A DNA stretch of 64,000 bases from a virus (lineage: Duplodnaviria; Caudoviricetes), in the IMG/VR virus record IMGVR_UViG_3300046528_000074, positions 1 to 64,000 of that record. One strand, given 5' to 3'. Numbering within the stretch: the stretch's first letter is position 1; each line of letters opens with the position of its first letter. The notes under the pieces were generated by a model. That model was not told the origin of the DNA, did no database searches, and saw only the letters and a program-made list of their open reading frames with translations. This document shows, one piece after another, positions 8,054 to 15,787 of the stretch. The position numbers and the translations under genes were made by a program.

Positions 8054-8545
8054 TCAGGCTGCGGTGGCCGACGCAAACGCGGCGATGCGGTCGCCGAGGA
8101 TGTCCGAGTACATCGCCATCGTCGCGGCCTGCTGGTCGAGGCGATTGCGCTCCTCGGCATCAAGGCCGGCGAAGATCGACGTACGGGTGAAGTCGACGAG
8201 CTTCGCCAGGCGCTCGTCCAGTTCGGCCTTCTCGTCGACGACACGCTGCTGGTGCGGCTGCATCGAGCTGTAGCCGGGATGCGCGGCGCCCAGTGCCGGC
8301 CGCTGGTCTGCCGGGTCGTACGTCGCCGCGAAGATGTCCGGCTTGCACGGGTAGTGCTCGCCTTTCACGCCGGTGATGATCCAGTCGCCCGGGGACACGC
8401 GCAGTTCTCCTTCGAGCGTGTCGATCAGCGGCGTGCCGTTGGGGTAGACGTGACCACCCTTGTCCCAAGCGCGAACGGCGGGATGGTCGCCGTCCTTGAA
8501 CCACTGCGTTGCCTCGATCACTACCGGCTTTTTGCGAAATTTCAT
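8054..8545 (-). CDS. Fusion: KKPVVIEA/YPCKPDIF domain + crAss001_48-like (Sequestin-like) helical domain
   Basis: N-part FRKKPVVIEATQW...TLEG...GDWII...YPCKPDIF; C-part PHQQRVVDEKAELDERLAKL...QAATMAMYSDILGDRIAAF. Confidence 0.75.
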   Translation of the reverse strand: MKFRKKPVVIEATQWFKDGDHPAVRAWDKGGHVYPNGTPLIDTLEGELRVSPGDWIITGVKGEHYPCKPDIFAATYDPADQRPALGAAHPGYSSMQPHQQRVVDEKAELDERLAKLVDFTRTSIFAGLDAEERNRLDQQAATMAMYSDILGDRIAAFASATAA

Positions 8546-8554
8546 GTCTGCCTT

Positions 8555-8917
8555 TCAGGTTGGTGCTGCGGGTGGTGCGCTCGCGCGCGAAATGGTCTCG
8601 TTGGCCTTGCGGCTGGCCATCATCTGGTCCGCGTAATGCCAGCGCCAGGAAAAATATTTCTTCTCGCGCTGGCGGTCCCGCCACGCGGCATGCTTGCCCT
8701 TTGCGTCGAGCCAGATTGAGTAGAATTCCGCGACTTCCCGTGATGCGTTGGCGATCATGCTGATGCCCTCCTTGAGGTCGGAGAACTGGGCCGATTGCAA
8801 TGCACTCCAGTGCGCCGGGACGTCGGGAATGGCCGGCATGTCCCCGCTGTACTCGCCCTTGAACCAGTCAGGGATTGGCAGCGGCGCGTGCGCGGCAAAG
8901 TAGTCGCGATCATTCAT
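8555..8917 (-). CDS. Conserved phage protein (RDYFAA family)
   Basis: DRDYFAAHAP...YADQMM motifs. Confidence 0.75.
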   Translation of the reverse strand: MNDRDYFAAHAPLPIPDWFKGEYSGDMPAIPDVPAHWSALQSAQFSDLKEGISMIANASREVAEFYSIWLDAKGKHAAWRDRQREKKYFSWRWHYADQMMASRKANETISRASAPPAAPT

Positions 8918-8929
8918 CGGATGCCCTGG

Positions 8930-9412
8930 TCAGTTCGGCAGTGGCGCCGTCTCGATCAGCGCGTACACGAGAAAGTCCGCGTAGCGCTCGAATTCCGCCT
9001 TGGTCGGGAACTCTCCTTCCTGTGGGTTGCCTTCCTCGTACTGCTGCATCATCCCGTTGATGCGTTCGAAGCGCTCGACGTCCGTTTGCGGCATCAAGGC
9101 GAATTCGCGCAGGGCGTCGAAGCGCTGCCCGTCGGTCGGCTCGCCCTTGACGCGGCGCATCAGGTTGTCGAAGTCGGCCAGGATCGCGTCGACCAGGGCG
9201 TGGGACGCGACAGTCTCGGGCTGGAACTCGCCGCTGGCGACGATGGGGCGCATGACGATCGGGCCGCCCGCGTTGCTGATGACCAGCACGGCGTCGGCCT
9301 TGGCCAGCTCGGCCAGGAATGCCGGCGGCAGCTGGCCGGCGGGGGCCTGCTCGCGGACGATGACGCCGCCGTCGGGCGTGACGAACTTGATGGGTTGGTT
9401 CTGGTCTTGCAT
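8930..9412 (-). CDS. Hypothetical protein
   Basis: AAGGAG RBS; operon packing. Confidence 0.7.
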   Translation of the reverse strand: MQDQNQPIKFVTPDGGVIVREQAPAGQLPPAFLAELAKADAVLVISNAGGPIVMRPIVASGEFQPETVASHALVDAILADFDNLMRRVKGEPTDGQRFDALREFALMPQTDVERFERINGMMQQYEEGNPQEGEFPTKAEFERYADFLVYALIETAPLPN

Positions 9413-9452
9413 GCTGCGGTTCTCCTTCGGTTGGGGGTGGGTAAAGCGGTAA

Positions 9453-9638
9453 TTACGCGCCCGGCTTGGGCGGCTCCATGCCCAGCGCCTGATAGGCGAA
9501 CTGGATTTGAATCATGGTCAGGTCGCGGTCCTTGTTCTGGTGGCGCCATACGATGCGCTTGGCCCATGCCCGCAGGTCGCGCCCGGCGGCGGTGACGATC
9601 GGGTGCAGCGCGGCGGCCTGGTCTTCGAGGTGGCGCAT
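9453..9638 (-). CDS. Hypothetical protein
   Basis: Operon packing after replication genes. Confidence 0.6.
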   Translation of the reverse strand: MRHLEDQAAALHPIVTAAGRDLRAWAKRIVWRHQNKDRDLTMIQIQFAYQALGMEPPKPGA

Positions 9639-9640
9639 GG

Positions 9641-10402
9641 TTATGCCTTGTCAGGATTGAAATAGATCGACTTGCGCCCGTTCGGATTGGCGCGGGCTTC
9701 GTAATCGCGCACCTTCTGGGCCGCCTCTTCGCGCAGGCGCTCGTCGCGCTCATCCACCTGCGGCGCCACCTCGTCGGCATTTCCGTACGGGTTAAGAATC
9801 GATTTGCAGGCGTCCAGCAGGCGCACCAGGCCGTCCGGGCGCCCTTCCTGCTGCGCTCCCTCAAACCCGAGCGCCAAATGCGCTGGCGGGCCTGCAATCA
9901 AGCCGGCATGCACGGCGCGCGCCACGACCAGCTGGCGCCGCTCGACATCCCAGCCCTCGGAGATCGACCAGGCCGCCGGCCGGTTGTTGATGCGCGCCGC
10001 CTGCACCAGCCGGGCATAGGCATCCTTGAACGCCATGCGCGCGCCGATCTCGTCGCCGGAATCGAATACCGGGCGGCACAGGTTGAACGCCTCCTGGATC
10101 TCGCCGGTCCACATCACGCTGTCGCGCTCGTCGCGGCTGGACAGGGCGATGGCCCAGGCTTCGTTCTCGTCGGGGCGGCCGTCCAGCAGGCGGCAGCGGG
10201 CGGCGATGCTGTTGGGGACTGGCGCGAAGTCGGGGCGCTCGGTCGCGTAGGCAGCAAACGCCTGGCCGATGGTGGCCGGCGAGAACGGCGCCAGCGCCTT
10301 GAACCAGAACGCCGTCGTGTCCGTGTCGGGCCGGGGCTTGCCGTAGCCCATCAGGAAGTCGCCCAGCAACTTGGCAAATTCAGGGAGGTCATTGCTGCGC
10401 AT
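9641..10402 (-). CDS. Replication accessory protein (helicase-loader / P-like position)
   Basis: Directly follows the initiator; FWFKAL...FAPVP...DGRPDENEAWAIA pattern. Confidence 0.6.
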   Translation of the reverse strand: MRSNDLPEFAKLLGDFLMGYGKPRPDTDTTAFWFKALAPFSPATIGQAFAAYATERPDFAPVPNSIAARCRLLDGRPDENEAWAIALSSRDERDSVMWTGEIQEAFNLCRPVFDSGDEIGARMAFKDAYARLVQAARINNRPAAWSISEGWDVERRQLVVARAVHAGLIAGPPAHLALGFEGAQQEGRPDGLVRLLDACKSILNPYGNADEVAPQVDERDERLREEAAQKVRDYEARANPNGRKSIYFNPDKA

Positions 10403-10403
10403 C

Positions 10404-11354
10404 TCATTGCTCCATGTCGATGGTGTTGGGGTCGTCGTCGGCCCGGGCGCCGCCGTGGCCGTTCAGCTTGTCGAGCGCGGCCTGCACGTCGGCCAGGTAC
10501 TGTTCTTCCGTTTGCGGCACGCCCACGACTTGCGCGCCCGGCTTGGCGCGGGCCGTGTTGATGAAGCGGTCGATCTGGTCGGCGTTGCGCAAGATGACGT
10601 TCAAGCCGTTGTACTTTTGATTATTTTCGTTGGCGCCCATGTTGTGCGGCGTCAGCGAACAGCCCTTGATCGCCTCGCAGATTTCGCGCGGCGAATAGTT
10701 CTTCAAGGCGTTTTCGATCAGCTTGCGGCGCGACTTGTCCAGCTTGCTGCCTGGCGAACTCATGCGCTTGCACCAGTAGTCGAAAACTTCCTGGATCGGG
10801 TCGACCTTGAAAGGCGTGTCGGGCTTTAGCTCGACAAGTGTTTTTGGTTCTGGTTCTGGCTCTGGTTTAGGTTCTGGCTTGGTTCTGGTTTTCGTACTGA
10901 GTGCGAAAGGGTTCTCGAAGGGTTCCGGACTGCTTTCAAAAGCGTCAAGTATTTTTGCCGGAAATTTTGGCGAAAAATCCCGCAAAGCCGCTGCCAGTGC
11001 GGCTTTCACCATGTCCGGACAGTTCAATGAACTGAACATTTTGCCAGCAGCCAACCCCACATTCGGGTTCTCGAACTGGTTCCACTTCAAGTAGTGCCGA
11101 ATCAGCACCCAAAACGTCCTTTCGCAACGGTATGCGAAACCCTTTGCGAATAGTTCCTCAAACCCTTTGCGGACCCTTTCGGGCTTCCATTGAAGATCAT
11201 CAGCAGCATAGGCATCGGTCAGCCGGAAGCATCCAAGCATGTTGCCATGCGGGCAGGTCATCAGATACAGCGCCAGCGTGCGCCCATCCTCCGACATGCC
11301 GCGCGCATCCTCGCTTGTCCAGAATGCGGTGTAGACTTTTCCGTAGTCACGCAT
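10404..11354 (-). CDS. Phage replication initiator (lambda O-like replisome organiser)
   Basis: MRDYGKVYTAFW...LALYLMTCPH N-terminus, internal iteron-like repeats, PEPEPE linker. Confidence 0.8.
   Translation of the reverse strand: MRDYGKVYTAFWTSEDARGMSEDGRTLALYLMTCPHGNMLGCFRLTDAYAADDLQWKPERVRKGFEELFAKGFAYRCERTFWVLIRHYLKWNQFENPNVGLAAGKMFSSLNCPDMVKAALAAALRDFSPKFPAKILDAFESSPEPFENPFALSTKTRTKPEPKPEPEPEPKTLVELKPDTPFKVDPIQEVFDYWCKRMSSPGSKLDKSRRKLIENALKNYSPREICEAIKGCSLTPHNMGANENNQKYNGLNVILRNADQIDRFINTARAKPGAQVVGVPQTEEQYLADVQAALDKLNGHGGARADDDPNTIDMEQ
10904..11181. repeat. Iteron-like repeats, probable replication origin
   Basis: AAACCCTTTGCG at 11137 and 11160, ACCCTTTCG at 11173, inverted CGAAAGGGTT at 10904 and CGAAGGGTT at 10916, in an AT-richer patch. 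Confidence 0.6.
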
Positions 11355-11378
11355 TTATTCGTCCACCCTGGTCATGGG

Positions 11379-11756
11379 TTACGCTCCCGGTGCAAGTTCC
11401 ACATGCTTTTGCTTGCGGCCTGGCATCTTGTTTTTGGCGGCCGGCGGCGCTGGCGCGGCCTCCTGGCCGGTGATGTACAGGTACAGCGCGCGGTCCTGCT
11501 CGAACGTCATCAGGTCGATCGCGCGGATCGGCATGTCGCTCGGCTTCTGCGCACGCTCGAGGCGGCAGGCATATTCGAACGTGATCGGCATGCGCCCCCT
11601 TTTGATCTTGGAAATCAGGGGTGCCGTCAGCAAGGGGTCCACCTTGCCGAAATACGCGGCGCGGCCGATGCCGGATTCCAGCCACTTGACGAAGTAGGTA
11701 GGCGGGACGTGGCAGTAATGATCCCCCGCCTTTCTTTTGTTTGTGCTTTTCGCCAT
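11379..11756 (-). CDS. Cro-like HTH transcriptional regulator
   Basis: LTAPLISKIKRGRMPITFEYACRLE; GGAG RBS before ATG 11756. Confidence 0.65.
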   Translation of the reverse strand: MAKSTNKRKAGDHYCHVPPTYFVKWLESGIGRAAYFGKVDPLLTAPLISKIKRGRMPITFEYACRLERAQKPSDMPIRAIDLMTFEQDRALYLYITGQEAAPAPPAAKNKMPGRKQKHVELAPGA

Positions 11757-11792
11757 TATGTTTTCTCCAATAGGTAAGTTAATGCAGGCCGA

Positions 11793-11821
11793 AGGATAGC
11801 ACCAACATTCGCCAATGGCAA
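11793..11821 (-). promoter_or_regulatory. Sigma70-type promoter for the replication operon
   Basis: TTGCCA-17bp-TATCCT with extended TG. Confidence 0.6.
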
Positions 11822-11823
11822 AC

Positions 11824-12294
11824 TTATTTTCGTTTGGCGATAATTTCATCGCGCACCGGGCGCCAGGCGGCAAAGGCCCGGTCCCAGATGGCGAACTTCT
11901 CGGCGCGGTCGAACTGCGCGCCCTGGTCCAGCTCGTTGTGGCAGGAGCGGCAGCCGGGCACCGTGTAGACGTCGTGCGCCTTGATGCCCTTGCCTTTCCC
12001 GTGGATGGCCTGGTTGCTGTGGCAGGGATCGTGCGCCTGGCCGGTGCAGATGCCAGGGATGCGCAGATAGCACGGCTGGCCGCGGCATAGCTGGGCCTCG
12101 CCCGTCGCCGGGCGCGGGTTGCTGTTGGTCTTGCTGCGCGCGCGCAGCGGCGCCGCCTGGCGGGCCAGCTGGCCGTCGCCGCGCGCCAGCGGCGCCTTGC
12201 GCTTGAACTCCGTGCGCGCTAGCCCTTTCGTCCCTTGTTTCATGGGCGTGGTGCGCTTCAGTTCGCCGCGCTTCATGGGGTTAGAAGCCGCCAT
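11824..12294 (-). CDS. DUF1364/DUF968-like Zn-binding putative nuclease
   Basis: CYLRIPGIC...CHSN...GKGKGIKAHD...GCRSCHNELD. Confidence 0.75.
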   Translation of the reverse strand: MAASNPMKRGELKRTTPMKQGTKGLARTEFKRKAPLARGDGQLARQAAPLRARSKTNSNPRPATGEAQLCRGQPCYLRIPGICTGQAHDPCHSNQAIHGKGKGIKAHDVYTVPGCRSCHNELDQGAQFDRAEKFAIWDRAFAAWRPVRDEIIAKRK

Positions 12295-13007
12295 GCTGCT
12301 GCTGCCACTCTTGGAACTTGTGCATTTCCAAGGGCTCGATTGCGCTCCAGCCGGAAGGAAATCCCATCAGCCACTCGCTCCACGTTGGGTTCACGCGGCC
12401 AGTCGAGGTTGTCGATAACCCTTCGACTTCTGCTAACCGGCTTGCCAGCGTGTCGGTCTTCCCCTTGTGTCGGCCGCCGCATTTCTTCCCGATCGATGCC
12501 GTCAGCGTAGGCCAGAATCCAGATCCTTTCCCTCTCGTGCGGAGCATCGGTATGGTGCGCTCCGACGACGCCCCATTCAGCATTGAACCCCAGCGCGGCC
12601 AGGTCGCCCAGGACTCGGCCAAGTCCTCGAGTAGTGAGCATTGGACTGTTCTCCACGTAGACGAAGCGTGGTCGTACCTCGCGAATGATCCGTTCTTGAT
12701 GCGCCCATAGTCCGCTTCGCTCGCCACTAATTCCCGCCCCCCCGCCGGCGGCGCTGATGTCCTGGCAGGGAAAGCCGCCAGATACGACGTCAACACGACC
12801 GCGCCATGGTCTTCCGTCAAAAGTCGTGACGTCAGACCAAATCGGGAAAGGTCGTAAGATTCCGTCATTTTGTCGTTGCGCCAAAACGGTTGCGGCGTAG
12901 GCATCACGTTCAACTGCGCACACGGTTCGCCATCCAAGGAGGTGCCCGCCGAGTATTCCTCCACCAGCGCCCGCGAAAAGAGCCAGCTCATTCAATTTCT
13001 TCCCCAT
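12273..13007 (-). CDS. C5 DNA cytosine methyltransferase, catalytic chain
   Basis: Motifs I FAGAGG, IV GGFPCQ, VI ENSP, VIII RERIW, X ALGNAQVP; motif IX not evident. Confidence 0.9.
   Translation of the reverse strand: MGKKLNELALFAGAGGGILGGHLLGWRTVCAVERDAYAATVLAQRQNDGILRPFPIWSDVTTFDGRPWRGRVDVVSGGFPCQDISAAGGGAGISGERSGLWAHQERIIREVRPRFVYVENSPMLTTRGLGRVLGDLAALGFNAEWGVVGAHHTDAPHERERIWILAYADGIDREEMRRPTQGEDRHAGKPVSRSRRVIDNLDWPREPNVERVADGISFRLERNRALGNAQVPRVAAAAWRLLTP
12281..12991 (-). CDS. Alternative-frame partner chain of the C5 MTase
   Basis: 236-aa open frame nested on the same strand; ends NPTWSEWLMGFPSGW (motif IX-like); ATG coupled to the stop of 12988-13455. Confidence 0.65.
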   Translation of the reverse strand: MSWLFSRALVEEYSAGTSLDGEPCAQLNVMPTPQPFWRNDKMTESYDLSRFGLTSRLLTEDHGAVVLTSYLAAFPARTSAPPAGGRELVASEADYGRIKNGSFARYDHASSTWRTVQCSLLEDLAESWATWPRWGSMLNGASSERTIPMLRTRGKGSGFWPTLTASIGKKCGGRHKGKTDTLASRLAEVEGLSTTSTGRVNPTWSEWLMGFPSGWSAIEPLEMHKFQEWQQQHGGF

Positions 13008-13455
13008 GTTTTATGTTCAGGTACTGCAGTGCGCGGGCGCGCCAATCGATGTCATCCCATCCACCCAGCCGGATATTGCAGCGGTGGCATAGCAGGCCGC
13101 GCACTGCGCCGGTGTTGTGGTCATGGTCGACGTGGAATTTTTCCAGCGGCTCGGGGCACAGCGCGCAAGTGCCGCCCTGTTTGGCGCGCAACTTGTCGAC
13201 AGCTTCGGGCGTCAACTTGTAACGGGTTTTCAGTTGCCATCTGCGCTTGTTCTCGGCGCTATATGTGCGCTTGCGTCCGATGCGAGTTATGGAATTCCCA
13301 CACGATTTGCACCAGGACGCCCTGCCATCTCGCGCCTTGGCCGACCGATGGAACTGTTCCAATGGTTTGCTCTCCTTGCACTTCGAGCATGGCTTGCTCG
13401 CCGCTTCAATGCCGCTGCACACCGAACCGAACATGATGGGCTCGTTCATCTTCAT
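12988..13455 (-). CDS. Endonuclease VII-family (homing-type) nuclease with MTase-derived N-terminus
   Basis: CSKC...WCKSC...QGGTCALC...HVDHDHNTGAVRGLLCHRCN. Confidence 0.85.
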   Translation of the reverse strand: MKMNEPIMFGSVCSGIEAASKPCSKCKESKPLEQFHRSAKARDGRASWCKSCGNSITRIGRKRTYSAENKRRWQLKTRYKLTPEAVDKLRAKQGGTCALCPEPLEKFHVDHDHNTGAVRGLLCHRCNIRLGGWDDIDWRARALQYLNIKHGEEIE

Positions 13456-13664
13456 GCCGTTGCTCGCTCCGCAAGCCGGTCGTTGTCGCGCACGGCCAGG
13501 CGCGTGTCGGCATAGAAGTTCGCCCCCAGGTAGCCGTTGACGCGGCCATCGACATAGGCCGTTTCGATCAGGTCATGGCTGCGGCCGGCGAGCACGCGCA
13601 CGCGGTGGCCGTTGACGGTCTTCCAGACTTCACCCGGCTGGGGGCGCTTCTTGATCTCTTGCAT
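13452..13664 (-). CDS. Hypothetical protein
   Basis: Start MQEIKKRPQPGEVW. Confidence 0.6.
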   Translation of the reverse strand: MQEIKKRPQPGEVWKTVNGHRVRVLAGRSHDLIETAYVDGRVNGYLGANFYADTRLAVRDNDRLAERATA

Positions 13665-13869
13665 GTTTTTCTTTCTCCAGGATGATTTCGATCCACCGCC
13701 CGCGCGTGCGCAGGTTGGGGCGGTCGCGCTCGTACAGAACGCAGAATTTTTCATTCCACGCATACAAACGGCCGAACCATTTGCATGTCGCGGTGCCATC
13801 GCCCTCTGCCGCGCGCTCCAGCGGGAATGCCGTGCAGGTGGCGCAGGTTTCGGACCGGGCGTGACTCAC
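13630..13869 (-). CDS. Cys-rich hypothetical protein
   Basis: CATC...C...C; GTGA coupling. Confidence 0.6.
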   Translation of the reverse strand: MSHARSETCATCTAFPLERAAEGDGTATCKWFGRLYAWNEKFCVLYERDRPNLRTRGRWIEIILEKEKHARDQEAPPAG

Positions 13870-14099
13870 GGGCTCTTGCGGCGGTCGGCGACCGGCATCT
13901 TGTTGAGCGTGCGGTACAGCTCGAACACCGTGCTATAGCGCGGATCGCGCCCTTCTTCCATCACCGCGTAGATCGTGCGCAGGTGCAGGCCGGCGTCGGC
14001 CGCAATGCGCATGAAGTCAGAACGCGGCACCTTGCCAAGCTGGTCACGAACTGCCTTCAGGTAGTCGGTCGGCTCGGCCTTGGTTGCTGTTTTTTTCAT
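13866..14099 (-). CDS. Small HTH regulator (Cro-like)
   Basis: FMRIAADAGLHLRTIYAVMEEGRDPRYSTV; GGAGGA RBS. Confidence 0.75.
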   Translation of the reverse strand: MKKTATKAEPTDYLKAVRDQLGKVPRSDFMRIAADAGLHLRTIYAVMEEGRDPRYSTVFELYRTLNKMPVADRRKSP

Positions 14100-14126
14100 G
14101 GATTCCTCCGTTGTCATCGAGCCCGC

Positions 14127-14154
14127 ATCATAGCACGCGGCGTGCACAATGAAA
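14127..14154 (-). promoter_or_regulatory. Leftward early promoter
   Basis: TTTCAT-16bp-TATGAT with extended TG. Confidence 0.65.
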
Positions 14155-14177
14155 CACGCAACGCGAACAAAAAGTTG

Positions 14178-14206
14178 TTGCATTGTGCAAAATGCGGCGC
14201 TATGAT
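14178..14206 (+). promoter_or_regulatory. Rightward early promoter
   Basis: TTGCAT-17bp-TATGAT. Confidence 0.75.
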
Positions 14207-14257
14207 GGCGGCTCACTTCAACCAGGCCGGGCATAGTCTCCGGTGAGAAAGGAAGCC

Positions 14258-15151
14258 ATGAAAGACATTCAAGTCGACGAGCGCGGCAATCCCGTGTCGC
14301 CCGAACCGCAGCCGGCGCGCCTGCCGGCCAGGCGCCAGCCGAAACAGCAGATGGCCGTCATCCCCACCACGCCGGCCGAGATGCTGGGCCTGGCGGTCCA
14401 GAACGGCGCCAGCGTCGAGCAACTGGACAAGCTGATCAGCCTGATGGAGCGCACCCGTGCCATCGAGGCGCGCCAGGCGTACGTCACGGCCATGGCGCAG
14501 TTCAAGCAAGACCCGCCGACCATCATCAAGAACAAAACCGCCAAGATGCAGAAGGATGGGCGCGACCTGTACAGCTACGGCTTTGCCGACCTGGCGGCCG
14601 TGTGCGGCGGCATCGTCGAGGCGCTGGCCAAGGTCGACATCAGCCACGCATGGACCACGACGCAGGCCAATGGCCTGATCACCGTCACCTGCACGCTGAC
14701 GCATGCCATGGGCCACAGCGAAAGCACGGCGCTGTCCGCCGGCGCCGACCAGTCCGGCGGCAAGAATTCCGTGCAGGCGATCGGCTCGACGGTCAAGTAC
14801 CTGGAGCGCTATACGCTCCTGGCCATCACCGGCATCGCCGTGCAGGACAATGAGGACGACGACGGCGCCGGCGCCAGCCCGGTCGAGCGCGCCGAGATGC
14901 GCCAGGCCGCGCGCGACATGAAAAGCAACCGCAACCCGCGCCCGGCCGACGTCGCCGCGCAGCGCCAGCAGGCCCCTAAAGCCGCCGATCCGCAGCTGCT
15001 GGCCGACGCGCGCTTCGCTGCCGATCATGGCCGCGGCGCGTTTGAAACGTTCTGGAAGGGTATCAACGGCGAGAAGCGCACGGCGCTGGGCCCGGAGCTG
15101 GATAACCTGCAACAGCGCTGCGATGCGGCCGACGCGCAAGGGGCGAAGTAA
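14258..15151 (+). CDS. erf: ERF-family ssDNA-annealing recombinase
   Basis: FADLAAV...VTCTLTH.MGHSES...QAIGSTVKYLERYTL...DDDG. Confidence 0.9.
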   Translation: MKDIQVDERGNPVSPEPQPARLPARRQPKQQMAVIPTTPAEMLGLAVQNGASVEQLDKLISLMERTRAIEARQAYVTAMAQFKQDPPTIIKNKTAKMQKDGRDLYSYGFADLAAVCGGIVEALAKVDISHAWTTTQANGLITVTCTLTHAMGHSESTALSAGADQSGGKNSVQAIGSTVKYLERYTLLAITGIAVQDNEDDDGAGASPVERAEMRQAARDMKSNRNPRPADVAAQRQQAPKAADPQLLADARFAADHGRGAFETFWKGINGEKRTALGPELDNLQQRCDAADAQGAK

Positions 15152-15774
15152 TGGCGCGCTTCCTGGATTGCGTGCAGGGATCGGAGGAGTGGCATACATA
15201 CAGATGTGGCCACGCCACCGCCAGCCGGTTCGGCGACATCCTGTCCGGCAAGGGTGCGCGCGAGGCGTATCTGTGGGAACTGGTCGCCGAACGCCTGATT
15301 GGCGGCCCGATGCGCGATACCGGCGGCATGGCAAAAAGCTGGGGAACGGATGCGGAAGACCTCGCGCGCCGGGCCTACATGGTGCGTACCGGCCGCATGG
15401 TCAAGCAGGTGGGGTTCGCGATCCACGACCGGATCAAATGGTGCGGCGCCAGCAGCGACGGCCTGGTATTGAGCGAGCGCGGCGCGATCGAAATCAAGAG
15501 CCCGTTCAACAGCGGCATCCACGTGCGCACGCTGGCCAACGGCATGCCGGACATTCACGCCGCGCAGACGCAGGGCAATCTGTGGGTGCTGGATCTGGAC
15601 TGGATCGATTTCATTTCGTACGACCCTGCGCTGCCAGATCCGCTCGACCTGTACGTGCAGCGCATCGAGCGCCGCGCAAACGAAATCAAGTATCTGGAAA
15701 CCGAAGTCAAGAAATTCCTGGCGGAAGTGAATATCGCCTACCAGGACATCCGCAGCAACAACAAAAACCATTGA
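15151..15774 (+). CDS. YqaJ/lambda-type exonuclease
   Basis: QGSEEWHTYRCGHATAS...GASSDGL...IEIKSP...QTQGNLWV. Confidence 0.9.
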   Translation: MARFLDCVQGSEEWHTYRCGHATASRFGDILSGKGAREAYLWELVAERLIGGPMRDTGGMAKSWGTDAEDLARRAYMVRTGRMVKQVGFAIHDRIKWCGASSDGLVLSERGAIEIKSPFNSGIHVRTLANGMPDIHAAQTQGNLWVLDLDWIDFISYDPALPDPLDLYVQRIERRANEIKYLETEVKKFLAEVNIAYQDIRSNNKNH

Positions 15775-15787
15775 GAGGACTGAACCC

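Noticed and set aside
10845-10890. Hexamer-like TGGTTC repeats as iterons or a mini-array
   Set aside because: Explained by the KPEPEPEP protein linker
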